From an uncultured phage cr4_1, in the sequence record NC_055893.1: 40,000 nt of DNA. One strand, given 5' to 3'. This document shows, one piece after another, positions 9,000 to 19,499 of this stretch (within the stretch, counting starts at the first letter, position 1; each line of letters starts with the position of its first letter). The translations under genes and the position numbers were made by a program. Below the pieces are notes generated by a model. It saw nothing but the letters and a program-made list of their open reading frames with translations. It searched no databases and had not been told where the DNA came from.

Positions 9000-10943
9000 T
9001 TAATCCCATAGGCTCAGTTGTAACGGTTTTAAGTCTCGGATTATCTTATAGGCTTCATAAATATAATACCTATAGTTAATCTTTCTCTCTTCAATTGGTT
9101 TGTCATCGAACTTATTTAAAAGAGTAACACCAGATGCAGTAAGCATATTCTGATATGATTTAGCATCAGTGTTATCTGAATATTTCCATTTCCATAAGTA
9201 TCCACCATTAGTAGATGCATAGAAACGATTAGTTCGCTGTTGTTCTTGGTTCATGTATTCAACATGCCATTGTTTACCAGTTTTCTCAGACATCAAGAAT
9301 TTACGTATATCCGTACATCCTTTTATAGTGTCTTCTACTGGTATACCATCTACAAAGTACTTTATAATAGCTTCAGGTATTATCTTTGCAGATAATCCTT
9401 TACCTAATAGTACTTTAGTAATAAACATACCTTTTGTTTTAATTAAATCAGAATTTTTAGTTTCCTTATATCCTTCTTTAACTGCAATGTAGTCGTTAAT
9501 TGCATATTGGTACATAGCTTCAAAACGCTCTTCCTCAAGAGTAAGTCTTGTAAGTTGTTCCCATTCTCGACAAATCTTGTTAGCCTGTTCATATATACTT
9601 TTCTTGAGTAATATAAACAAGCCGTCAGTATTTGCCTGGACGATTCGGCATCCTATTTGTGTTAGCTTTTCAGCTAACATTAGCAATAATAACTGTGCAT
9701 TTATCCTAATTTGCATTACTGCAAAAGGACTATAACAGAAGTTATGTTGATTTTGTAGATTACCTGACAAACCATTCAATGCTAACTTTAATGTCTCATT
9801 TTTCACTTTATCTCCATTATGCTTAGCTTCTATTCTTTCATCCTTAATTTGAGAATATATCTCTAAGAATTCTGGACCAAGATGCTTAGGATAGAACTTA
9901 TATTCTATTAGCATACTTGGATATAGTGAAGCAACATCAATGTCTATTAGCATTTCGTCTTCTTTAGGAATAATGATTTCAGGATCATTTTTAGAATGAA
10001 TCCCTCCTACTCCCACAGTATAGCGCAAACCATTAAATATGAAGTTGTTTTCATAACCTTTCCTACCAGGAGATACTATCTGACTTTTCATATCATCTAA
10101 TACTCTTTGTAGAATAGGACTATCATACTTAATGAACGGTAGTATTACATCCTTTAGTGGTATATAATCCATTGGTGATCTTAATCCTTCAATATCCCAC
10201 CAGGTTAAACCTGTTTTCTCAAGATACTTTTGAGTTAAGATCTTCATTCCAATATTCACACCATCCTTACTAAGGACTCGTACTCCATATTCATCTTCAA
10301 TAGCTATACGTAAATCAATATCTTTCTTACATCTATTTAAAAGCTCTGAAGTTGACTCTATATCATTGATATTATAATCAATCATATTGTCAAAATCTTC
10401 TAAAGGAAGAGGCTTACCCCAATCACATACAAATTCTTGTACATTAGGATATTGCATAGTTACTTGAATTTCTTTCAAACCTACTCTAAGTTTATTAGAG
10501 TAAAGCATAGTAAGTAAATCAAAAGTATCAAACCAAATCTGATACTTCCAATGTTTCCAAGCTTCTATATTATCTTCTGTAGAAGTAGTAATAGTCCTAC
10601 TTAAGTTAAATATAGAACTACATATTGTAGCTACATTATAACTCATGAGTTTATCTTCATACTCTATAATATAATTTACTATAGGGTTATCATAATGCAG
10701 ATTATTATATCCACAGAAGATAACCTCAGATTTTATTTCTAAATCTGTAGTATAAAAATCACCCCATTTTATGTAAGAGTCTACTTGTTTAAAGAACTTT
10801 ACTAATTCTCTTAGCTGGTTCCTTCTTTCAGAGATTTCAAATTTATATATTTCTCCTGTTTCTGTATTTTTAACAGAACAGTGAAAGATATTTTGAAATA
10901 CTTCAATATCATATACATAGACCTTCTTGTCGCGTATAATCAT
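9000..10943 (-). CDS. family B DNA polymerase
   Basis: 647 aa: ExoI YDIEVFQNIF, ExoIII YNINDIESTSEL, motif A DIDVASLYPSMLIEY, motif B KLALNGLSG, motif C region QANTDGLFI. Confidence 0.9.
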   Translation of the reverse strand: MIIRDKKVYVYDIEVFQNIFHCSVKNTETGEIYKFEISERRNQLRELVKFFKQVDSYIKWGDFYTTDLEIKSEVIFCGYNNLHYDNPIVNYIIEYEDKLMSYNVATICSSIFNLSRTITTSTEDNIEAWKHWKYQIWFDTFDLLTMLYSNKLRVGLKEIQVTMQYPNVQEFVCDWGKPLPLEDFDNMIDYNINDIESTSELLNRCKKDIDLRIAIEDEYGVRVLSKDGVNIGMKILTQKYLEKTGLTWWDIEGLRSPMDYIPLKDVILPFIKYDSPILQRVLDDMKSQIVSPGRKGYENNFIFNGLRYTVGVGGIHSKNDPEIIIPKEDEMLIDIDVASLYPSMLIEYKFYPKHLGPEFLEIYSQIKDERIEAKHNGDKVKNETLKLALNGLSGNLQNQHNFCYSPFAVMQIRINAQLLLLMLAEKLTQIGCRIVQANTDGLFILLKKSIYEQANKICREWEQLTRLTLEEERFEAMYQYAINDYIAVKEGYKETKNSDLIKTKGMFITKVLLGKGLSAKIIPEAIIKYFVDGIPVEDTIKGCTDIRKFLMSEKTGKQWHVEYMNQEQQRTNRFYASTNGGYLWKWKYSDNTDAKSYQNMLTASGVTLLNKFDDKPIEERKINYRYYIYEAYKIIRDLKPLQLSLWD

Positions 10944-10961
10944 ATCAAAAATATTAGTTAG

Positions 10962-11044
10962 ATTCCGTGGTCAGACTCGAACTGACACAATCACACAGAC
11001 TTACATTTTGCTGCGGCTCTAACCTCTTTTTAAGCTACACGGAA
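10962..11044 (-). tRNA. tRNA-like gene, isotype unresolved, non-canonical anticodon region
   Basis: Acceptor TTCCGTG/CACGGAA (7 bp), D-arm GCTT…GGTTA-GAGC, T-arm GTCAG-TTCGAGT-CTGAC. Best anticodon stem encloses a 12-nt loop (CAAAATGTAAGT). Confidence 0.65.
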
Positions 11045-11096
11045 AACAGTACCATTTCAGTTCTGGTACAAGAACTTCATGAAAAAAAACGAAGAA

Positions 11097-11504
11097 TTAA
11101 GCTGCTCTAAGCATAGGCTTAATTATCTTGCGATAATAGCTACGACTAGATGTATCAGCTGGTTTTTCTTTTCCTTTACAGCCTCCAACATGCTGCTTTC
11201 TGTTCTTATTTCTACCTTCATAGAATGATAAGAATTTCAAGGGACATTTAGGTTTCTCTAAACGAAGCCTTGCTTCTTTTTGTTTTGCTAATTGTTTAGC
11301 TTTCTGTTCTTTAGCTTGTGCTTTTTTCTTTGCACGAAGCTCTTTCAATCTCGGACTTAACCAGTCTTCTGGCTTTTTATCCTTATTCTTTTCTTTATCG
11401 GCTACACTTTGTGCTAAGCGTTTATCACGCTCATCTTTCCATGCTTTATGTCTGATTCTTTTAGCTTCTGCTAATTTCCACTCTGTATAATTCTGCTTTC
11501 CCAT
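11097..11504 (-). CDS. lysine/arginine-rich hypothetical protein
   Basis: 135-aa highly basic ORF. Confidence 0.6.
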   Translation of the reverse strand: MGKQNYTEWKLAEAKRIRHKAWKDERDKRLAQSVADKEKNKDKKPEDWLSPRLKELRAKKKAQAKEQKAKQLAKQKEARLRLEKPKCPLKFLSFYEGRNKNRKQHVGGCKGKEKPADTSSRSYYRKIIKPMLRAA

Positions 11505-11529
11505 AATCTTGATAATTTTTGGTTAATAA

Positions 11530-12378
11530 TTAAGCTGCTAATAATGATTTACCGTCATAGTAGATGATATTATTATCACCTTCTATGTCTTGTACAGTAA
11601 TACCGGCAAATGAAGTATCTTTCTTAAACTTCTTTGCTTCTATTGCTGCTTTCTTTTTGGCATCGTCTCTTGTAAGTGCAACAAAGTAGTCTGTCTTGAA
11701 GTCATAGACACGTTTCTCATCGTCACTACGCCTTCTTTGTACAGTATACTTGAACTTACGCTTGTTAGGCTTCTCTTTGACAGCTAATTCAGCTGCTGTA
11801 AAGCCTTTTTGTTTGCCTTCCTTACTGGGTAAAGGCTTACGAGCTTCTTCTTCAAATTTAGCCTGCATTTCTGCAAGTTTAGCCTTCCTACTTGCTAATT
11901 CAGCTTTTTTGGCTGCTCGATTAGCTTTCAACTTATCCTTTATCTGCTTTGTAGTAAGCGTAGTAGGTTTAGCTTTGACAAATAAGTTGTCTTTAACTAT
12001 ACGAGTAAATTTCTTCTTCTCTTTACGAGTATAGTTCACAGTTGGATCATAGCCTGCTTTCATAAGAATTTGTTTGATACGTTCTTTCTTAGACTGTACT
12101 ATAGCCTTATTTTCCTTCATAGCTTCAATAGCTACTTTAGTAGGCTGTTGTTTCTGTTTAGAACTCCAGGAGTTCCATTCTACTGTTTTCCCATCTTTAA
12201 CTACAGTTACTAAAGACGGACCGATCTCGAAATCCCTTGTAGTCTCTACCGGACAGTGTTTCTTGACGAACTTGCCGCCTACTACAATTCTAGGATAATT
12301 ACGCTTTTTAGCTTTAACTGATCGTTTCTGATTTCTTAAAGTTTGTCTCTTTATCTTAAAGTTCTTATTCTTTTTCAT
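11530..12378 (-). CDS. lysine-rich hypothetical protein
   Basis: 282-aa ORF. Confidence 0.65.
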   Translation of the reverse strand: MKKNKNFKIKRQTLRNQKRSVKAKKRNYPRIVVGGKFVKKHCPVETTRDFEIGPSLVTVVKDGKTVEWNSWSSKQKQQPTKVAIEAMKENKAIVQSKKERIKQILMKAGYDPTVNYTRKEKKKFTRIVKDNLFVKAKPTTLTTKQIKDKLKANRAAKKAELASRKAKLAEMQAKFEEEARKPLPSKEGKQKGFTAAELAVKEKPNKRKFKYTVQRRRSDDEKRVYDFKTDYFVALTRDDAKKKAAIEAKKFKKDTSFAGITVQDIEGDNNIIYYDGKSLLAA

Positions 12379-12398
12379 AATCTTGATAATTTTAATGG

Positions 12399-12590
12399 TT
12401 ATTTACTAAAGCCTTTTATTGCTGGCTTCTTTTTCTCTATCTCATAATATACCATGATAGCTTTGTTATTCCAACTTACTGAATCTATGGTATTGTTATC
12501 AGCAATATCTTTGAGAATAGAATTTACTCTATTCTCAAATTTACTGCTGCTTTCAAAAAAACTTTTACGTATGTAATATACTTTTTTCAT
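12399..12590 (-). CDS. small hypothetical protein
   Basis: 63-aa ORF filling the intergenic space on the same strand. Confidence 0.5.
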   Translation of the reverse strand: MKKVYYIRKSFFESSSKFENRVNSILKDIADNNTIDSVSWNNKAIMVYYEIEKKKPAIKGFSK

Positions 12591-12594
12591 TTTT

Positions 12595-13104
12595 TTATGC
12601 TGCTAATGATAACGGTGCTTCTTCAATACTGAGTTCTGCACCATTATTGAAGTCTTCAATCTTCTTGTTCAAGGCATTTATTTCCAGCTGTAATTTAGCC
12701 TTCAAACTACTAATATAGGCAGAAGTTAATTCTTCTGTCTTATCTAAGTTTTTCTTGCCTTTAGCACGCTTAAGTTTAGGATCAAGAGTCTTAATCTTAC
12801 TTAAGTGAAACAACTGTTCTTGCTTCTCTGACAAAGTAAAGATATCAAGATAGTTGTTAGTTATTGGTAACTCAGAGAACTTCTTATAACCCATATTGAT
12901 GCACTGTAAGTACAATTTCAATAGGATACGTTCTTCTGCTTTTGCTTGGATGTCAAGAATCAGCGCCTTCAAATCAAAGTTACGCTTAGCTCCCGTAGGG
13001 ATAACATTTTCATTCTTGATAATATTCCAGTATTTAGTAATCTCGTTACTGAGTTCTTTACGACGTGTAATAATATATTTAGATGTAATTGATTTCATGT
13101 TCAA
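12595..13104 (-). CDS. hypothetical coiled-coil-like protein
   Basis: 169-aa ORF. Confidence 0.6.
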   Translation of the reverse strand: MNMKSITSKYIITRRKELSNEITKYWNIIKNENVIPTGAKRNFDLKALILDIQAKAEERILLKLYLQCINMGYKKFSELPITNNYLDIFTLSEKQEQLFHLSKIKTLDPKLKRAKGKKNLDKTEELTSAYISSLKAKLQLEINALNKKIEDFNNGAELSIEEAPLSLAA

Positions 13105-13150
13105 GTTGATTTTTTTAAGTTAATACTTGACCAAATTACGTCTACTAGTG

Positions 13151-13224
13151 TAGTACTGATGGGGCTCAAACCCATAACCGTCAACTTAGAAGGTTGATGC
13201 TCTATTCAATTGAGCTACAGTACT
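13151..13224 (-). tRNA. tRNA-Arg (anticodon TCT)
   Basis: AGTACTG-TA-GCTC-AATTGAATA-GAGC-A-TCAAC-CTTCTAA-GTTGA-CGGTT-ATGGG-TTTGAGC-CCCAT-CAGTACT-A; all arms pair. Confidence 0.92.
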
Positions 13225-13291
13225 GTATTTAAACGGGGCCAATTCACCCCGTGAAAATATATAGTTTCTAGATAATATTCCAATTCAAATA

Positions 13292-13843
13292 TTATAAAGT
13301 TTTAACCTTGCCTAGTTTTACAGGTATAACTACGCCTGGTCTAATTTCAATACCAGCAAAGCCAAAAGTGTTATCACTAATGACTACTTTGCCAGTTAGG
13401 CCCTTCTCTTTTGCGAATTTTTCAATAGCTTCCTTATTGATATATTTAGAGCGCAGCTCTCCAGTCGAAGCTGTTCTCAAGTTATCAAATAAGATATCTA
13501 TAACACAATCGTGATCACGATTTTTTACTGCTTCCTCAAGTAATGCTTGTGTAATACCATTGAAAGCTATTTCATTTCTGGTTCCACCAGAACCAGTTAT
13601 TGCATCTGCAATACGAATTGCTACATCAAGAATACTCACCGATTCATAAGTATTCAATAGCCGTTGCCACCATAAAGGTCCCTTGCCATAGTAAAAGAAG
13701 ACCTGACCATCCTCTCTTACAGAAGTAGCATTAGGAGTTATCTTAGAGCTTCCGTCCCAACTCTGAACTTTAGCTAATATGGTAGGCTCAGTGTTAATAA
13801 GTATTTGCAGAAGATCAACCCTAGATTTAGATATTCTGCTCAT
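13292..13843 (-). CDS. hypothetical protein
   Basis: 183-aa ORF. Confidence 0.65.
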   Translation of the reverse strand: MSRISKSRVDLLQILINTEPTILAKVQSWDGSSKITPNATSVREDGQVFFYYGKGPLWWQRLLNTYESVSILDVAIRIADAITGSGGTRNEIAFNGITQALLEEAVKNRDHDCVIDILFDNLRTASTGELRSKYINKEAIEKFAKEKGLTGKVVISDNTFGFAGIEIRPGVVIPVKLGKVKTL

Positions 13844-13850
13844 AGCTTAC

Positions 13851-14498
13851 TTACTCTGCAGATTCTTCCAAGTTTACCTGGAGTGTAACTTCAGATTCAT
13901 CAGAAACTACGCCACACTGCCGTTGGTATTCCAGTTCCATGCGTGCTGACTGGTCCATCATATCTCGTACAGTCTCACTAAGCTTAAGATACTTACGAGA
14001 CAATTCCTCATAGAAGTTGAGGACACCACGATTGTGAATAGCCAGCATTTCGTTCAGCATAGACAACTCCTCTGCTGCGAAGAACATCGGGCGGCTGCCT
14101 TTCTTGCCGATACGTTCAATACATTCTGCTACACTTTTCCGGTCTGCCTTGCTAAATTCTGGCTTAACTAACTGGAACACAAGGTTCGGGTCGTTATCGT
14201 CAGGATTCAACATAATTTTCGGCTCACCGTCCAAGTCTTTGGCAATGAACTTAACGTCTAAGATGTCAATAGCCTTCACTACAAAGATATTGACTTCTTT
14301 CCGTAAAGTATTCTTATCGTTGAGCACATCTTCCTTCCACTTCAGGTCAGGATTGGTTGCTACTACGGTATAGATTTGTTCGCCAAAATAGCGACCATAC
14401 TCTTTTGCTGTTGCCCGGTAACGAGCTAAAACTTGAGAGGCAACGCTCTGGTTACCTACTAATGCACTCACTACTGGTGCAGATACTTTATTATCCAT
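13851..14498 (-). CDS. hypothetical protein
   Basis: 215-aa ORF. Confidence 0.65.
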   Translation of the reverse strand: MDNKVSAPVVSALVGNQSVASQVLARYRATAKEYGRYFGEQIYTVVATNPDLKWKEDVLNDKNTLRKEVNIFVVKAIDILDVKFIAKDLDGEPKIMLNPDDNDPNLVFQLVKPEFSKADRKSVAECIERIGKKGSRPMFFAAEELSMLNEMLAIHNRGVLNFYEELSRKYLKLSETVRDMMDQSARMELEYQRQCGVVSDESEVTLQVNLEESAE

Positions 14499-14520
14499 AA
14501 GAATGTTTCCTTTCTGAGTC

Positions 14521-16640
14521 CGTGCTTGATTTCACCAATACGAAACTCTTCTTAATTTTTAGTTAATACTTTGTTAATGCTCTCCACCTTTCGATTATTT
14601 ATTTACTAATGTACTCGTCTTATATAGTACCGCTTTAAAAAGCTTTGAAATATTAGCGTGAATTCAATCACATAATCTACTCAGTTTACTTTGAAAATAA
14701 ATTTGAAAAATCTATGAGAAATACTCTGAGAGTTACTTCTGATAAAAAGATATGAAAATACTTTGTATGTTTGTAGATAGAATTATTTGTTTACAAAAAG
14801 TCTATCAACTCTTGCGTATTCATTCAGACCGTTTTTACGTTGCGCTGAACTTTCAATACGAAAACGTCCGTACTATATATCATATAATCTAGCATAAGTA
14901 TTGTACTAGTATAATATACAGAGCCTATCATCAACAACTGGTATGTCTACAGGCATATAGGAATTACAACATTCTATGCGAATGAGGGTCGTTTAATCTA
15001 ACGTTACTAAAATCACAAGCTCATTGCTTATAGCATGACCCACTTGTACCATTTCCAGGATTTGTTTGTTTATACTGCACGAATATTGGGATTTCCACCC
15101 TTCATCATTCCCTTGTCTTGCTTATGGATACTTCACATAAGTGTACTACTACCCTTATAGAGACAGTATAAGAAGTAGCAACAGGTTGCTAATGATTCAG
15201 CGTTCTCTTACATATATAGTTGCTGCTATATACTTTACGAGTGTCTTAACAGTCGGCATAACGGTTGGCAGTCGGGGTGACTCGGACTCCATATTCCATA
15301 CTTACAACGTACGTTTATACTTCTGACCTATCATTGAACTTCCCAGTTTTTTAAAGGTTAAACATTAAAGCACATTTACTCATAGCTGGCTTTATTCAGC
15401 GTAGATACATTAGTAAATATAGTATAACATCTTATACTCCTAACCTAATGACATAGTCTTCTGTATCTCCTTAATCTAAGTACATCTATTAATAACAACA
15501 ATTCTGGATTGAACTGCATTATATTAAGACGAAGTTTACATATCTTGAAACTTATAAGCTCTGCCGTTTTTTAATAGGTGTTTTCTCTGCGTCACCTTAG
15601 TGTATTTTTGCTGCATAATATGACTTGCTAAAGGTCACTGCATCTAGAATCAGGGTTATCGCGCCCTCAAACCGCTTAGTCCATCTGGGACTAGTCATTC
15701 CTCATTCAATTATACTCACACGAACGACTAAGCACGTGAGTCACTTCAGTCTTGAAAGGCTGTATCAATCTCATATACATCACTCCTACTTCATCCTTGG
15801 AACATTGCGTATCCACCTTCACGAGGACCCTATTTACCATAAGGCACAGGATTGGCTCCTGCTCCACGATAATCAGTCAAGTTTACATAGTGTGTACCAT
15901 AACACGGTTACCCTTACATTAGTATCAGTAATTTACTACCTTCATAAGCACAAGTTCCAGTATCCACAATTGCATACTGCATCACAGCTGATGTGTGCTG
16001 AACACTATAGTTAGCAATCTATTTTTCCTTTCTGGGCGTATAGTTACGCTTTTGTTGACCGATTTTGGAGACCGGTGGTCGCGTTTCTGCTATCTCTTTT
16101 TTTCCATGAGTTGGCTGCTTCTTAAGGTGAAACTAACCTTTGCCTCTCAGCTTTACCTATCCTTTCCAAAGGGATAAGTCAGGAACCCTATTGCTCCTGT
16201 TTCATCATCGTGTTTATACTCCTTTTTGATTCATATCTTGATAATACATACGAGTAATATAGAAGATTTCGTTCTCCTTGCTTGCTTTGTAGTTCAGTGT
16301 GTCTTCTCTTAAACTACGAGTCTTTAGTAACAGTAATCGCCAATACGGTTCTCATCATATCGTTACTTATAGAGGGTTATGCACTCTATCCCCCTTTTAC
16401 CTTCCGTTTTTCAGACGTTTAGGCCTATCATCCTACCTTTTGAGTAATCTCACAGTGTTAGCTGCTAACATATTCTCGGATCCTGTATCTTTTCGGGCCA
16501 TAGAGAAATGACTCTAAGCTCCCTAACGGGCGCGACCAGCATTATTATACGCTTTACCGCATGACTTCCCTGGAGTGATTTACGCTATAGTTTTGCTCCT
16601 CTCGAACTATGACATAATTGTAGGTTTTTATAGTGGTTAA
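14521..16640 (-). ncRNA. ORF-poor, hairpin-rich block; candidate large structured RNA(s)
   Basis: About 2.1 kb with only short ORFs lacking recognisable motifs, antisense to the surrounding operon. Perfect hairpins include TAGCAAC/GTTGCTA (15176-15191), TATATAG/CTATATA (15213-15232), TAGTCC/GGACTA (15677-15693) and GCGTA-tagt-TACGC (16036-16049). Strand inferred from neighbours. Confidence 0.4.
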
Positions 16641-16645
16641 TGTCA

Positions 16646-17068
16646 TTAACTATTTTCCACTGGGCGTTTATCTTCGGCCATATTTTCATGTTCTGGTTCT
16701 AACATGGTAATTTTACCTGTAGTCAGGTTGATTGTTGCAACAACCTTTTTACCTTTACAAATATCTACGAACTTATTTCGTACATCACTACTACTGATAT
16801 AGTCAATTGGTTCCATGATACTTGCGTTAAATCCATCCAAACATTTACAAGCATTACCTACAGACAAGCGTAGGTACTTCTCAGTGTATAAGCAATTAGC
16901 TATACTGTCCTTAGTCTGATTTCTAATGATATCAGACTGAGCTCCATCTACTATAAAGTAGGCAGATTGGGCCATGATGGAGCTCAGTTTGCACCGAGCT
17001 TCTTTCATGTCCTTAATGATACGTGATAAGCGTATCATTTGTTTTAGTATAACTAAATTACTTACCAT
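16646..17068 (-). CDS. hypothetical protein
   Basis: 140-aa ORF. Confidence 0.6.
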   Translation of the reverse strand: MVSNLVILKQMIRLSRIIKDMKEARCKLSSIMAQSAYFIVDGAQSDIIRNQTKDSIANCLYTEKYLRLSVGNACKCLDGFNASIMEPIDYISSSDVRNKFVDICKGKKVVATINLTTGKITMLEPEHENMAEDKRPVENS

Positions 17069-17459
17069 AGGAGTCTACTTTAGATAATGGAGTTACTGGT
17101 GATTCGTCATCAGATACCCTACTAACACTGCGTACTTTTGGATATCCTGTTGAAGTCAGTTTCTCTACTACCTTTGTTCTCCACTTAACTACGGGTTTAG
17201 GTTCACCTGTAGTCTTTACATTCACAATTGCGTCTGTTGTTCCTTTCACGGATACTTCTAATGTAGATAGGTCTACTTCGACATCTATCTTCTCGACAGA
17301 CTTTTTCACTTCACTACTTGCTATAGGGAATTTTGGCATCTCTATAGGTGAAGGAATTACAGGGGCTGCCTGTACTACTGTGACTGTCTGTCGCAGTCCA
17401 AAGCCAATTATGCAACTGGCGATGAACATGCCGACAGCCGTAATTATTCTAAAATTCAT
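17058..17459 (-). CDS. hypothetical membrane-anchored/secreted protein
   Basis: 133 aa with N-terminal hydrophobic segment (IITAVGMFIASCIIGFGL). Confidence 0.6.
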   Translation of the reverse strand: MNFRIITAVGMFIASCIIGFGLRQTVTVVQAAPVIPSPIEMPKFPIASSEVKKSVEKIDVEVDLSTLEVSVKGTTDAIVNVKTTGEPKPVVKWRTKVVEKLTSTGYPKVRSVSRVSDDESPVTPLSKVDSYGK

Positions 17460-17532
17460 ATTGATTATGATGTTTTAGAGAATGGTTATTCTTCTACGAA
17501 ACCTACAAACTTTAAAAACCTACGCCAAGCGC

Positions 17533-19047
17533 TTAGTTTTTTTTTTCGTCTGCCGGTTTGTCTCCACCTTTTTCAGGATACTCCTTTTCTGTAGGAGCTG
17601 TGATGGATGACTGGCAATATGCTGCCAAACGAGAAGCCGGATCACGATACAGATTGATAATCTGGCCGACTTTCAGACGTAATTCATCAGGTTTAGGACT
17701 TTCATCCTTTCCGAAGAAGTTAGTCTTGATAGAACCTATAACCATTCGAGCAATCTTACGATCATTCTCGAGTTGGTTTTTCTTAGATTCTTCTACACCG
17801 GTCAAATCGAGCGACCAATCTGCAAACAACTTATCAATATACTCTTCACCTAAGTTAGAGATAAGAGCTGTAATAGCCTTATCAGACTCAGGTTTGAGGT
17901 CTTTGTTGTCCTTCTGCTTCAAGCGGAAGTTCTCATTGATAAGAGCGCGAACTGTTTCTGCAACCTGTTCTTCACTCCAACCTGCCTTAGTCAAGTGATT
18001 GTGCAGTACGGAGTGTGCCATACACGGAGAACCAGTCTGTGAAGTATATACGTATACTGAGCTTCCAAGGCCTTTCAGCAAGCTAACAGGGTTGATACGG
18101 CTGAAGATTTCATTCATCCAATCACCCACTGTCATCTCGTCTAATGCTAACTTCTTGTCGGCATTAGTTTCTTTCAGGCCGCGCAGTGTACGATACCATT
18201 CTACGGTGTTAACAATGTTCGTTGCAACGTTTCTTTCTTTGCCGATGAGGTAAGTCAACGCTGCATCAATTTCCTCATCTGTAGTGATCTTATTCGGATC
18301 AAGCTCCGGTGCTTTGATAGTCTTACCAGCATCTTCTGCAAGTTCTGTAGGAACTTCTGACTTGTTAAAGTCAATAGACAACTGGCTACCATCTCCTCCC
18401 GGTAATGCTTTAGCTGGAGCGAGCTTAATGCCTAACATTTCAGCCATACCTTGCAACGGCATGAGTTGATTTGCATCAATCATGAGTTGCAATTCACCAC
18501 GTTCACCACGGTTGAATAAGTCCTGACGTATGTCAACAAGGGCTAACAAGTTTACAACATCAATAGTACGGTTGATGTCAGCGTATACTTCAGGATAACG
18601 CTTTGCAAGTTCTTCGTTGTTAGCGTAACGCTGTTGCATTACGAATGACAACATAGCCTTTCCATCTACTGAAGAGGCTGTAGAACCTACAGGGATACCA
18701 GCACCAGTGATACCGCCTACAAGAGAGGTTGCACGTCTGAGCGCTTTCTCTTCTGGAGAAGGTTTGTTCTCGTGAGAAACATCCTCAGGGATGATAGTAG
18801 GAATTTTGTCTTTTTTCTTTTTGGGTGTCTGACCTTGTTCCTTATTATCCTTAGGAGCCTCAGCTGCCGGTTTTTCTACTTGAGAAGGTTTTTCCTTCTC
18901 TTTCTTGTTTCCCTTGTCATCAGAAGGCTTGTCTTCTTTCTTGCCTTCTTTCTTGTTTGCAGCATTCTTTGCTTCTTCTTTAGCTGCTGCTTTTGCTGCT
19001 TTCAAAGCTGCTTTTCTTTCAGCTTTAGTCATTTCTTTTTCTGCCAT
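17533..19047 (-). CDS. hypothetical protein with Lys/Ala/Pro-rich N-terminus
   Basis: 504-aa ORF. Confidence 0.75.
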   Translation of the reverse strand: MAEKEMTKAERKAALKAAKAAAKEEAKNAANKKEGKKEDKPSDDKGNKKEKEKPSQVEKPAAEAPKDNKEQGQTPKKKKDKIPTIIPEDVSHENKPSPEEKALRRATSLVGGITGAGIPVGSTASSVDGKAMLSFVMQQRYANNEELAKRYPEVYADINRTIDVVNLLALVDIRQDLFNRGERGELQLMIDANQLMPLQGMAEMLGIKLAPAKALPGGDGSQLSIDFNKSEVPTELAEDAGKTIKAPELDPNKITTDEEIDAALTYLIGKERNVATNIVNTVEWYRTLRGLKETNADKKLALDEMTVGDWMNEIFSRINPVSLLKGLGSSVYVYTSQTGSPCMAHSVLHNHLTKAGWSEEQVAETVRALINENFRLKQKDNKDLKPESDKAITALISNLGEEYIDKLFADWSLDLTGVEESKKNQLENDRKIARMVIGSIKTNFFGKDESPKPDELRLKVGQIINLYRDPASRLAAYCQSSITAPTEKEYPEKGGDKPADEKKN

Positions 19048-19109
19048 AATTTTGATAATTTTTGGTGGTTAATAATACGTTAGTTCAGTCGATAGAATAT
19101 TTAGAGAGG

Positions 19110-19487
19110 TCAACTATCATCCTCTATTGCTGGTGAGTCACGCCCGTTAGTATAGATATTACTAATCAATGCGTCTGATAACTTTAATTTCAATTCTACC
19201 ATGTTACTCACAACCCCAGATAGGCAATTGGTAGTACCTTCTGTCACTGTACACACTAAGCTTTGTGTGCATGTAGAATTGAAGTCATCAACGGTGTTGA
19301 CTAGCTGAGTAATGGAAGTATCTTGTTTGTTCATCCCTGAACGCACGGCTACTTCCTTACTCAACATACCTACTAACAAGCCAGCTATGATGCAGGAGAT
19401 ATAAATCCACCACATCTTGTCACTGCGAAAGTTTCTCGCAAGAACAAATGCTACTATTAATAGCACAATAATCCAAATTGCTGACAT
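19110..19487 (-). CDS. hypothetical membrane protein
   Basis: 125 aa with two hydrophobic segments. Confidence 0.6.
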   Translation of the reverse strand: MSAIWIIVLLIVAFVLARNFRSDKMWWIYISCIIAGLLVGMLSKEVAVRSGMNKQDTSITQLVNTVDDFNSTCTQSLVCTVTEGTTNCLSGVVSNMVELKLKLSDALISNIYTNGRDSPAIEDDS

Positions 19488-19499
19488 GTTTGTAAATTT

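Noticed and set aside
14521-16640. Short plus-strand ORFs (15141..15326, 15625..16014, 15995..16177, 16299..16511)
   Set aside because: Antisense to the operon, no motifs, uneven composition, and the area is rich in hairpins. Treated as noncoding.
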